From NCBI GenBank assembly GCA_030655355.1, contig JAURVS010000314.1, forward strand, positions 1 through 62,298: 62,298 nucleotides of DNA. The letters are read 5' to 3'. Shown here piece by piece: positions 28,507 through 37,269 of this stretch. How positions within the stretch are numbered: position 1 is the stretch's first letter; each line of letters starts with the position of its first letter. The translations under genes were made by a program, and so were the position numbers. Under the pieces are notes generated by a model. It saw nothing but the letters and a program-made list of their open reading frames with translations, was not told the origin of the DNA and did not search any database. The stretch is from Sphingopyxis sp. Lineage in GTDB: Bacteria > Pseudomonadota > Alphaproteobacteria > Sphingomonadales > Sphingomonadaceae.

Positions 28507-30978
28507 ATGAAATTCAAGCAGAAGCGCGATTCGTTTCGGATGCTCGCCGCGGCCTCGCTGACAGCCATCGCTCTGTCGTCGACCTCGGCCTTGGCGCAAG
28601 CTCAGTCCACCGCACCAGTGGCGGACAATGAAACCGTCGGCCTCGAGGAAATCATCGTTCAGGCGCGCAAGGTGAATGAAAATCTGCAGGATGTTCCCGT
28701 TGCAGTCACCGCGTTTACCGGCGAGAGCCTTGAAGCTCAGGGCGCCGTCCGTGTTCAGGACATCGCGAATTTCACTCCGGGGCTTTATATTCGCTCGGGT
28801 TCGAACAGCCCCGCGGGTATCACCGTAGCGCTTCGCGGCCAGTTTCAGAATGACACGCTCGCCACGCTGGACCCCTCGGTCGGTACCTATGTCGACGGCG
28901 TCTATTGGGCGCGCGCTTATGGCCTCAACACGACGCTGCTCGATATCAGTTCGGTTCAGGTGCTCAAAGGTCCGCAAGGCACTTTGTTCGGACGCAACAC
29001 CACCGGTGGCGCGATGCTGATAAACTCGAACGATCCGCGACTTGGCGAATTCAGCGGCAAGCTGTCAGCAAGTTACGGACGCTTCAACGAGTTCGAACCG
29101 ACTGCCGTCGTCAACATTCCGATCGGCGACAAGATCGCGGTCCGCTTCGCCGGCAAACGCTTCAGCCGCGACGGCTATACGACCAACAGCGTGCCTCCCG
29201 GCACGGCCAGCGCTGTTACGCCGGTAACGACCGCCGTCGCGCGCCGCCCGGTCGGGGGGAATCTCGACGGTCTCAAGGTCGACAACCGCGACCGCTGGCA
29301 GGCCCGCGGCAAGCTGCTCATTCAGCCAACCGATAACCTCAGCCTGATTTTCTCAGGCGAGTATTTCAAGATGGACGAGGCCGCGCCAAGCCGCAATCTC
29401 GTCTACACAACGAGAACGTTCAACGGTGCCAATTCGACCTATAATACCGCCTCCACGTCGGGAACATATGTAGGCATTCTGAATGGCAATCCGCCGGCGA
29501 GTGCGACCGCTCCCGGTCTCGCGATTCTCGCTACCGAAGCGGCACGGCTGGCCGATGGCGGTCGGATTACGGCTAATAACGAGATCCCCTACGTCTACGC
29601 AAAGACGCAGACCTATAATTTCACCGGCGCACTCGACACGAGTTTCGGCCAGATAAAATTGATTACCAGCTATCGCAAGGTTGCCGCCAACGCCGGTTTC
29701 GATCTCGATGGTTCGGCATACGCGCTTCACTTTACCGAAAGCCAGCAGGTGCTGAAGCAGCAGTCTGCGGAACTGCAGTTTACCGGCAAGGCATTTGGTG
29801 ATGCCGTCGACTTCGCGGCAGGCGCCTTCGCCTTTCATGAAAGCGGCTTCGACCAGTCGATCTCGATCACTGTGCCGATTCTGAATCCGGTCACGTCCCA
29901 TTTCTGGGGCAAGATCGATAATGACAGCATCGGCATGTATGGTCAGGCGACCTGGCACCTCAACGACAAATTGTCGTTCACCGGCGGCCTGCGCTATTCG
30001 GTTGATGACAAGGGTCTCGAAACTCGCAGCAACAATTTCAACCGTACCAGCGGTGTGACGACATGCGCCGTCGTTGCCGGCGTCCCGGCGTTTACGGCAG
30101 GCGAGATCATCGACCCCGTCCAGTGCGCCTTCAAGCGCCGCGACAGCTTCAGCGGTTGGTCATACACGGCGAGCGTCGATTACAAGATCAGCGATGACAT
30201 TCTTGTCTATGCGAAGACGGCAAAAGGTTTCCGGTCGGGTGGGCAGAATCTCCGCGCGCCGAACACCGCATCATTCATCCCGTTCGCGCCCGAGATTGCC
30301 TATTCCTATGAAGTGGGCTTCAAAAGCGAGTTTCTCGACAATCGAGTTCGCCTGAACGTCGCCGCCTATACGAGTGATGTGAACGACATCCAGCGTTCGA
30401 CGCTGGTTTCTGTCCCGCCCGTGCCGCCTGCAACGGTGCCTGGCACGGCAACGCTGCTCGGTAACGCGGGCAAGGTGCGCATCCGCGGTCTGGAAGCCGA
30501 GTTGACAGCGGTGCTGTTCGAAGGCTTCACCGTTCAGGCATCCGGCGCGCTGGTCGATCCGAAATATATCCGATACGCCGATTTGACCGGCGACCGTTCC
30601 TTCGAACGGTTCAGCGGCGTGTTCAAAAAGCAATATTCGCTCGCCGCCGATTATACCACGGCGCTGGGCAGCGACGCACGGATCAAGCTCCACGCCGACT
30701 ATTCGTGGCGCAGCAAGGTGCCGCTCGACATCTACAATTATACGCCTAATCCCGAGAATGACGCGATCATCGCGGCAACGACCGGTCCGTCGCTCGGCTT
30801 GGTCGGTGCGCGTGCCGCAGTGGAGTTTCTCGACCGTTTCGAGATCGGCGTGTTTGTCCGTAACCTGACCAACGAGCGGGAATTTGCTCAGAACCAGCTG
30901 GTCGCGCCGGTTGGCTATATTTCGGCAACCTACAACGAGCCGCGCACTTACGGCGTCACCGCCAGCTTCGAATTCTAG
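28507..30978 (+). CDS. TonB-dependent receptor
   Basis: Signal peptide ending ALA, TonB box LEEIIVQARK, VLKGPQGTLFGRNTTGG plug, PRTYG, C-terminal Phe. ATG 28507 is best spaced from GGAGG (alternative 28498). Confidence 0.96.
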   Translation: MKFKQKRDSFRMLAAASLTAIALSSTSALAQAQSTAPVADNETVGLEEIIVQARKVNENLQDVPVAVTAFTGESLEAQGAVRVQDIANFTPGLYIRSGSNSPAGITVALRGQFQNDTLATLDPSVGTYVDGVYWARAYGLNTTLLDISSVQVLKGPQGTLFGRNTTGGAMLINSNDPRLGEFSGKLSASYGRFNEFEPTAVVNIPIGDKIAVRFAGKRFSRDGYTTNSVPPGTASAVTPVTTAVARRPVGGNLDGLKVDNRDRWQARGKLLIQPTDNLSLIFSGEYFKMDEAAPSRNLVYTTRTFNGANSTYNTASTSGTYVGILNGNPPASATAPGLAILATEAARLADGGRITANNEIPYVYAKTQTYNFTGALDTSFGQIKLITSYRKVAANAGFDLDGSAYALHFTESQQVLKQQSAELQFTGKAFGDAVDFAAGAFAFHESGFDQSISITVPILNPVTSHFWGKIDNDSIGMYGQATWHLNDKLSFTGGLRYSVDDKGLETRSNNFNRTSGVTTCAVVAGVPAFTAGEIIDPVQCAFKRRDSFSGWSYTASVDYKISDDILVYAKTAKGFRSGGQNLRAPNTASFIPFAPEIAYSYEVGFKSEFLDNRVRLNVAAYTSDVNDIQRSTLVSVPPVPPATVPGTATLLGNAGKVRIRGLEAELTAVLFEGFTVQASGALVDPKYIRYADLTGDRSFERFSGVFKKQYSLAADYTTALGSDARIKLHADYSWRSKVPLDIYNYTPNPENDAIIAATTGPSLGLVGARAAVEFLDRFEIGVFVRNLTNEREFAQNQLVAPVGYISATYNEPRTYGVTASFEF

Positions 30979-31004
30979 GACCAAGGGCGCTCCAAGGAGC
31001 ATTG

Positions 31005-31041
31005 GGGGAGGGACGGGCGACCGGACCTCCCCTTTTTTTTT
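31005..31041 (+). terminator. intrinsic terminator between the TonB receptor and the MFS gene
   Basis: GGGGAGG-GA-CGG-[GCGA]-CCG-GA-CCTCCCC followed by 9 T. Confidence 0.8.
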
Positions 31042-31053
31042 GGAAGGAAGACT

Positions 31054-32322
31054 ATGACTTCGGAAACCTCGGGGACTTCGGAAACCTCGGGCCGCCGCGG
31101 CCTGACTCTTGGCTTACTCGTCGTCGTCGCGATCCTCAGCTATGTTGATCGTCAAGTCTTCACCCTGTTCCAGGACGATATAAAGATCGAGCTTGGCCTT
31201 GATGATGGCCAGCTCGGACTACTCACCGGCATCGCTTTTGCCGCTTTTTATGCGATCGCGGCCTTCCCGATCGCCCGCTACGCCGACCGCGGCGACCGGC
31301 GTCTGGTGATCGCCGTCTGCGTATCGATCTGGAGCCTTGCGACGGCGCTGTCCGGTTTTGCCCACAGCTTCTGGCAGATGCTGCTCGCGCGCGTTGGCCT
31401 GGCCGCAGCGGAAGCCGGAGCCGGTCCCGCGGGCATGTCGCTGCTCACCGACATTTTCCCGAAAGACCGCCGCACGACAGTCATCTCGATCATGCTCGCC
31501 GCCAACGCGGTCGGGCTTTCGGGCGGGCTCGCGCTCGCTGGATGGCTGTCGCAATGGTATGACTGGCGCACCGTCTTTTTGATCGTCGGTCTGCCCGGGG
31601 TTGGCGTTGGCCTTCTTGTTTATTTTCTCGCAGCCGAGCCGCGCCGTCGCGGTGTGGCCGGGCCGGCCATGCCGCCACAGACGAGCCTCGGCGAAGTGCT
31701 GCGCACGATGGGTGCCAACCCGTCGTTGCGATGGGTCGGGCTGCTGCTTTGCATGGTTCCGCTCACCGGCTTTGCCTTCATCCTATGGGGCGCGTCCTTC
31801 TTTCAGCGCGTGCACGGGATGGACAAGACCGAAACCGGCTTCTGGCTTGGCGGCGCGATGGCGGCCGGGCTGGTGATCGGCAATCTCGTCGCGGGATGGG
31901 TCAGCGACAAATACGGTCAGGCGAATCCGCGTTTCAACGGTTGGTTCGCTGGCATCGGCTTGCTGATTTCCTTTCCCTTCGGCGTCGGATTCGCGCTGAC
32001 GAGCAACGCCTATATGGCGCTGGCCTGTTTCGTCGTCGTGAAGTTCATGATGACGCTGCACCTCGGCCCGATCATCGCACTCTGTTTCGCGCAGGTGCCA
32101 GTGCAGATGCGCGCGATGATGTCGGCGACGATCAACATGTTTATCGGGCTGGCGGGAGTCGGCCTCGGCGGCACTGTCGCTGGCTATCTCAGCAAGGCGT
32201 TCACGCCGGGCTATGGCGATTTGTCGCTCCAGCCTGCGCTGGCGATCCTGTCCGGGTGCCTGCTCGTCGGCGGGGTCGCGGCGATCATGGCGGGCCGGAC
32301 GGCAAGGCCGATCGAAGAGTAA
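31054..32322 (+). CDS. MFS transporter (spinster-like)
   Basis: ILSYVDRQ, ARYADRGDRR motif A, RVGLAAAEAG, about 12 hydrophobic segments. Confidence 0.93.
   Translation: MTSETSGTSETSGRRGLTLGLLVVVAILSYVDRQVFTLFQDDIKIELGLDDGQLGLLTGIAFAAFYAIAAFPIARYADRGDRRLVIAVCVSIWSLATALSGFAHSFWQMLLARVGLAAAEAGAGPAGMSLLTDIFPKDRRTTVISIMLAANAVGLSGGLALAGWLSQWYDWRTVFLIVGLPGVGVGLLVYFLAAEPRRRGVAGPAMPPQTSLGEVLRTMGANPSLRWVGLLLCMVPLTGFAFILWGASFFQRVHGMDKTETGFWLGGAMAAGLVIGNLVAGWVSDKYGQANPRFNGWFAGIGLLISFPFGVGFALTSNAYMALACFVVVKFMMTLHLGPIIALCFAQVPVQMRAMMSATINMFIGLAGVGLGGTVAGYLSKAFTPGYGDLSLQPALAILSGCLLVGGVAAIMAGRTARPIEE
31056..31091 (+). repeat. exact 18-bp tandem duplication GACTTCGGAAACCTCGGG x2
   Basis: Read directly; encodes TSETSG-TSETSG at the MFS N-terminus. 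Confidence 0.9.
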
Positions 32323-32325
32323 CGG

Positions 32326-32347
32326 CCCCCCCCGCTCGCGGGAGGGG
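32326..32347. terminator. GC-rich hairpin between convergent genes
   Basis: CCCC-C-CCCG-[CTCG]-CGGG-A-GGGG; no good U tract. Confidence 0.4.
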
Positions 32348-32354
32348 ATATTTG

Positions 32355-33479
32355 CTACGCTGCTGCTTTTTCACTCGTTGCGACCTCTGGCGTCACGCCG
32401 AACAGCCGAGCGGCGTTAAGCCCCAGGATGTTTCTACGCACCTCCTCGCTGACGTCCATCCCCTCGAACAGCTCGTCGACGATGCGACGGCTGATCGGGA
32501 AGGTGCCCTCGGCGTGGGGATAGTCCGATCCCCACATCACATTCTTCGCCCCCGGCAGGCCGGCGGCTGCTGAAGTGATGCACGCCCGGTCGTGCTGGAA
32601 GCTTGCCCATATCTGGTCGTCGACGATCTGGCTCGGCGCGCGGCTGAGCTTGGGGAAGACGAAATTGGAGTGGGCGACCGATACTTCGTCCATCCGCTCG
32701 GCCAGCGCGACGAGCCAGCTCGCACCGCTCTCGATAAAGGCAATCCGCGCGCCCGGGTTGCGATCGAGTACGCCGCCCGACACCAGATACATTGCGGTCT
32801 GCTGCGCGTCGGTCATCTGGTTGGTATAGTTGATGATCCCCGCGCCCGGCCCGCGCTCGATAACGACGGTTTCGAGCCCGGTTCCGGTGTGCATGACGAA
32901 CACAATCCCCAGCTTCGCCGCTCTCGCGAAAACCGGATCCCAAGCTTCGCTGTTATATTTGGGCAGGTTCGGCGGCGATACGGCGGGCAGCATCGCCGCA
33001 GTGAATCCCTTCGACGCCAGATAATCAAGTTCGGCCAACGTGTTCGAGAAATCGAGCACGGGCAACATTCCGCAGCGCACGAAGCGGTTCGCGTGGCTGC
33101 CAAGGAAGCTGTCGTTCCAGTCGTTGTACAGCCGCGCCGACGCGGCTTCGGCATCGGCATTGTCGAGGCAATAGAGCCACAGGCCGAGCGACGGGAAACA
33201 GATTTCGCCGTCGATTCCCTCCAGCTCCATATCCTCCAGCCGACCGGCAATTTCGCGAATGCCGCGCCGCTCATTGTCGCCCAGCGCCTTTTCGCGATGC
33301 TGGCCGACGCGAAGGCGATAGATGATTTTATCCTTGGTGCCGGTGATCAGATATTCGCCTTCCTTTCGCGCGTGGATCGCATGATCCTTCAGCGACGCGG
33401 GCAGGCCCTCGAGGAAGATATCCGCCGGTTCCATAATGTGGCTGTCGGCGCTGAACACAAAGGGTTTCATGGCAGTCAT
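32355..33479 (-). CDS. amidohydrolase 2 family metal-dependent hydrolase/decarboxylase
   Basis: SADSHIMEP, YNDW, MHTG, ESGASW, MWGSDYPHAEGTFP. Confidence 0.92.
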   Translation of the reverse strand: MTAMKPFVFSADSHIMEPADIFLEGLPASLKDHAIHARKEGEYLITGTKDKIIYRLRVGQHREKALGDNERRGIREIAGRLEDMELEGIDGEICFPSLGLWLYCLDNADAEAASARLYNDWNDSFLGSHANRFVRCGMLPVLDFSNTLAELDYLASKGFTAAMLPAVSPPNLPKYNSEAWDPVFARAAKLGIVFVMHTGTGLETVVIERGPGAGIINYTNQMTDAQQTAMYLVSGGVLDRNPGARIAFIESGASWLVALAERMDEVSVAHSNFVFPKLSRAPSQIVDDQIWASFQHDRACITSAAAGLPGAKNVMWGSDYPHAEGTFPISRRIVDELFEGMDVSEEVRRNILGLNAARLFGVTPEVATSEKAAA

Positions 33480-33517
33480 CCTCTCGACTCGGCTTAATCC
33501 GGTTTCGATTAAGAAGT

Positions 33518-33537
33518 ACCTAGTTATATAAGTCGAG
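33518..33537. promoter_or_regulatory. island operator copy 5 (ACCTAG-TTATATAA-GTCGAG)
   Basis: 16/20 with the first 14 bp perfect, between the divergent amidohydrolase and GntR genes. Confidence 0.8.
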
Positions 33538-33601
33538 ACAAGGATAATCTGGACAATGCCCGATATCTGGCATAAACAGGTACCTATTAGGGGAGATATC
33601 G

Positions 33602-34324
33602 ATGCACGTCGCCGGCGCTCATGAAACACTTGCAAGCCGCACCGCGCGCGCACTTGCAGGTCTCAGTCTTGCTGCCGATCCCGGTGATTATCTCGGCGCA
33701 GAGGATGAACTGCTCGGGCGCTTCGGCGTCAGCAGGCCGACGCTTCGGCAGGCCGCCAAGATGGTCGAACGCGACCGGCTGATCAGCATCAGGCGTGGGA
33801 CGAAGGGCGGATATTTCGCCGAGCGGCCCGACGCCCGCGACGCGATCCAGTCGCTCGCACGCTTTCTGCGCTTGCGCGGCGCGAACCTCGGCGACGTCAT
33901 CCAGGTGACGCGCCCGGTCTCCGAGGAAGCTGCCGTCGCCGCTGCGCGCCTGCGGACCCCCGAGGATGCCGAGCGGATGCGCGAATTCGTCGGCCGGATT
34001 GACGGGCACGACACGGCGCGCGAGTTGATCGTCGCCGAAGTCGAGCTGGCACGGATGATTGCGCGGCTGAGCGGCAATCCGGTCGTCGAACTGGTCATGG
34101 AGATTGGCTACAGCTTCGGCCTCGATGAACGCGGCAGCGATCTCTATGCCGACGCCGATCGGCGCCAGCGGACGCGCGCGATGCAGCGTAGCCTGTGCCA
34201 GGCGATCATCGATGGCGACGCCGATATCGCGCGGCTGATGATGCGCCGCCGGTCCGAGCAGTTCGATATCTGGCTTCACCTCGGCGGCGCGGAAGAAGCG
34301 AGCGCGCCAGAGGGCGGGGCATGA
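33602..34324 (+). CDS. GntR/FadR-family transcriptional regulator
   Basis: PGDYLGAEDELLGRFGVSRPTLRQAAKMVERDRLISIRRGTKGGY, FCD-like C-terminus (LSGNP). Confidence 0.88.
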   Translation: MHVAGAHETLASRTARALAGLSLAADPGDYLGAEDELLGRFGVSRPTLRQAAKMVERDRLISIRRGTKGGYFAERPDARDAIQSLARFLRLRGANLGDVIQVTRPVSEEAAVAAARLRTPEDAERMREFVGRIDGHDTARELIVAEVELARMIARLSGNPVVELVMEIGYSFGLDERGSDLYADADRRQRTRAMQRSLCQAIIDGDADIARLMMRRRSEQFDIWLHLGGAEEASAPEGGA

Positions 34325-35547
34325 GCATCGTCGACTATCGCGGCTTTGCAGGTGTCCGGCTGGAGGCCGATGTGATCGGCGCCAGCGAAGATCCGTCAGT
34401 GCTGCTCGTCCATGGCGCCGGGCAAACCCGCCGGGTCTGGGACAGCGTCGCCGACGCACTTCAACAGGCGGGACGCCGCGTCATCAGCCTCGATCTTCGC
34501 GGTCATGGCGGCAGCGAATGGCCGGAGGACGGCCGCTATGATTTCGAGGCGATGGTGGAGGATTTGCGCGCCGTACTCGCGCAGCTCGGAACACGCCCCG
34601 TCGTCGTCGCCTCGACGCTTGGTGGATGGATCGCCGGCGCTGCGCTGGAACGCGACGCGGCGATGCTGGCGGCGGGACTGGTGCTCGTAGACCTTCCGCT
34701 CAACGTCGATCCGGGCGTGTCGCAAAAGATCGGTGCCCGGCTTCGCGAAGCCGCGGCGCTTGCTCCCGGTCAGGCGCAGTGGGATGTCCGGATGCTGGGC
34801 GCGTTCGACACCGCGGCGATGACCGAGCGGATCGGGGGCGTCGCCTCCCACATCGCGCTCCCGACGCTCTATGTTCGCGGCGCGATGAGCGAGATCGTGT
34901 CGCGCGAGGATGCGGGCGCCTTCGTCGATCAGCTTCCCGATGGCGAACTGGTCGAAGTGGAGGATGCGGCGCTCGTCGTGACCGAAGACCGGATCGATGC
35001 GCTCGGCGGCCATCTGATCGATTTTCTCGAGCGTCGCGCACCGCGGCAGTCGCCCGAATATCGCGCAGGGTCCGACGCACGGAGCTTCCGCGACGCGCTC
35101 GGATGCTTTGCGACTGGCGTCACTGTCGTCACCGCTTTCTGCCCCGACGGCACGCCCATCGGGCTCACCGCAAACAGCTTCACGTCGGTGTCGCTCGACC
35201 CGCCGCTGCTGCTCGTCTGCATCGCGAACAATGCGGGAAGTGCGCCTTTCCTGCGCGAAGCCGAGCGCTTCGCGGTAAATGTGCTGCAGATCGGTCAGCA
35301 GCCGACGTCGAACCGTTTCGCTGGTAAGGGCGAAGACCGCTTCTCCGCGACCCCGTGGGAAACCGGCGAATTCGGCACCCCGGTGCTCACCGGCTCGCTC
35401 AGCAGCTTCGAATGCACACGCGACGCCGTGCACGATGGAGGCGATCATTTCCTGCTTGTTGGCCGCGTCGTCAAAGCGATTTTCGAACCCCGCCGCGACC
35501 CGTTGCTCTACTTCCGCGGCAAATATCGGAAACTCCATTTCGCTTGA
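34321..35547 (+). CDS. alpha/beta-hydrolase-fold + flavin reductase fusion
   Basis: N-terminal LLVHGAGQ, DLRGHGGS; C-terminal FRDALGCFATGVTVVT, ANSFTSVSLDPPL, GGDH, PLLYFRGKY. Confidence 0.9.
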   Translation: MSIVDYRGFAGVRLEADVIGASEDPSVLLVHGAGQTRRVWDSVADALQQAGRRVISLDLRGHGGSEWPEDGRYDFEAMVEDLRAVLAQLGTRPVVVASTLGGWIAGAALERDAAMLAAGLVLVDLPLNVDPGVSQKIGARLREAAALAPGQAQWDVRMLGAFDTAAMTERIGGVASHIALPTLYVRGAMSEIVSREDAGAFVDQLPDGELVEVEDAALVVTEDRIDALGGHLIDFLERRAPRQSPEYRAGSDARSFRDALGCFATGVTVVTAFCPDGTPIGLTANSFTSVSLDPPLLLVCIANNAGSAPFLREAERFAVNVLQIGQQPTSNRFAGKGEDRFSATPWETGEFGTPVLTGSLSSFECTRDAVHDGGDHFLLVGRVVKAIFEPRRDPLLYFRGKYRKLHFA

Positions 35548-35580
35548 CGGCTGGACAAGCTGCGCGCCTAGTCATATTGA

Positions 35581-35600
35581 ACCTAGTTAGATAACTGGGA
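35581..35600. promoter_or_regulatory. island operator copy 6 (ACCTAG-TTAGATAA-CTGGGA)
   Basis: 17/20, immediately upstream of the RBS of the thiolase-fold gene. An extra CCTAGTCATAT half-site lies at 35567. Confidence 0.8.
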
Positions 35601-35614
35601 ATCGGGAGAGAAGC

Positions 35615-36832
35615 ATGACCTGGGTCAATCAGGATAAATGCGCGATCGTCGGAATTGGGTCGACCGACTATTATGTCCGCGGCAAAAGCTGGCCGCGCAC
35701 GATCAATGACATGGCGGCCGAAGCGATCATGAACGCCTGCGCCGACGCCGGGATCAGCCACAAGCAGATTGACGGTTTCTCTTATTATTCAACCGCTGGT
35801 GCGGGTTATCTCGACAAATTCGATACCGCGTCGCTCATGGAAACGCTGGGCATGCCCCACATCAGCTGGTCGGCGACGCTCACCAGCGGCGGCGGCGGTT
35901 GTCCGGGTGCGATCGGCCTTGCGACCGCGGGCCTGATGAACGAGGATTGCACCTATACGGTGACGCTGATGGCGCTCCAGCAACTGCCGCAGCACCGCCT
36001 CGGGGTCGTCTTCGGTTCGGCGGCGCCCAATCCCGAAAACAGCTTTCTCCAGCCGTCGGGTCTTGTCGGGCCGGGCCATTTGATGAGCGTTCTCGCGCGG
36101 CGCCACATGCACCTTTACGGCACGACACAGGATGCGTTCGGCGAAGTGGTGATGGCGACGCGCGCCAACACCCACAACCGGCCGAAGGCGGTTCGCAAGG
36201 AACCGCTGTCGAAAGAACAATATGACGCCTCGGTGATGCTCGCCGATCCGCTGCGCCGCCTCGACTTCTGTCTGGAAACCGATGGCGCGGTCGCGGTGAT
36301 CACGACGACGATGGACCGGGCCAAGGACTGCCGCCACAAGCCCGCGGTCGTCCATGCCGCCGCGCACGGTGGCCAGCGCGAATGGGGCAGGGCCTTCGCC
36401 TGGATGGGCATGCCCGACCCGCATTTTGCCAGCTCGGGACATAAATTCACCGCCGACCGCGTCTGGGCGCAGTCGGGGCTCAGCGCAAAGGACATGGACG
36501 TTGCGCTGATCTACGATCACTTCAGCCCGATGGTGCTGATGCAACTCGAGGATTACGGCTTCTGCGAAAAGGGGGAGGGCAATGATTATGTCCTGTCGGG
36601 CAAGCTGCGCTACGATCCTGCGACGGGCAAGGGCGTGAACGGCGGCACGCCTGTGAACACCCACGGCGGTAACCTCAACGAAGCCTATATCATCGGCATG
36701 ACGCATATCGTCGAGGGCGTCGAACAGGTGCGCGGCACCGCGATCAATCAGGTCAAGGACGCCGAATTTGCGCTCGTTTCGGGCGGCCCGGCATCGCTTC
36801 CCGTATCCAGCCTCATTCTGCGCAAGGACTGA
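35615..36832 (+). CDS. thiolase-fold protein, Ltp2-like aldolase
   Basis: CAIVGIGST, DFCLETDGA, IYDHFSP, NTHGGNLNEAYIIG. Confidence 0.88.
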   Translation: MTWVNQDKCAIVGIGSTDYYVRGKSWPRTINDMAAEAIMNACADAGISHKQIDGFSYYSTAGAGYLDKFDTASLMETLGMPHISWSATLTSGGGGCPGAIGLATAGLMNEDCTYTVTLMALQQLPQHRLGVVFGSAAPNPENSFLQPSGLVGPGHLMSVLARRHMHLYGTTQDAFGEVVMATRANTHNRPKAVRKEPLSKEQYDASVMLADPLRRLDFCLETDGAVAVITTTMDRAKDCRHKPAVVHAAAHGGQREWGRAFAWMGMPDPHFASSGHKFTADRVWAQSGLSAKDMDVALIYDHFSPMVLMQLEDYGFCEKGEGNDYVLSGKLRYDPATGKGVNGGTPVNTHGGNLNEAYIIGMTHIVEGVEQVRGTAINQVKDAEFALVSGGPASLPVSSLILRKD

Positions 36833-36837
36833 TCCCC

Positions 36838-37266
36838 ATGACCTACGGCACCGCCCGCGCACTTCCCGGCGACCAGATCCGCATTACCACCAACCCCGAT
36901 ACCGAGCCTTTCTGGCAGGCAGCGAAGGAAGGCAAGCTCACGGCGTGCCAATGCGGCGAATGTGGACATTTCCGCATGCCGCCGACGGCGCTCTGCCCCG
37001 AATGCGGCAGCCGGGCCAAGGATTGGCCCGCGCTCCCCGGGACCGGCACGGTGTTCAGCTATGCGATCTGCAACAAGAATCCGAAAAATGGTGAGGATTT
37101 TGTCTATGTCCCCGTCGTCGTCGATCTCGACGGTGCGCCGGGCACGCGTCTCAACGCGAACGTGTCGGGCTGCGATGCCGAGGACGTCCATATCGGGATG
37201 AAGGTCGTCGTAGACTGGACCCCGATCCAGGACGATTGGGTGCTCCCCAACTTCCGCAAGGCCTGA
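36838..37266 (+). CDS. DUF35 Zn-ribbon/OB-fold protein
   Basis: PFW, CGECG...CPECGS, GTVFSY, IGMKV. Confidence 0.92.
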   Translation: MTYGTARALPGDQIRITTNPDTEPFWQAAKEGKLTACQCGECGHFRMPPTALCPECGSRAKDWPALPGTGTVFSYAICNKNPKNGEDFVYVPVVVDLDGAPGTRLNANVSGCDAEDVHIGMKVVVDWTPIQDDWVLPNFRKA

Positions 37267-37269
37267 CCG

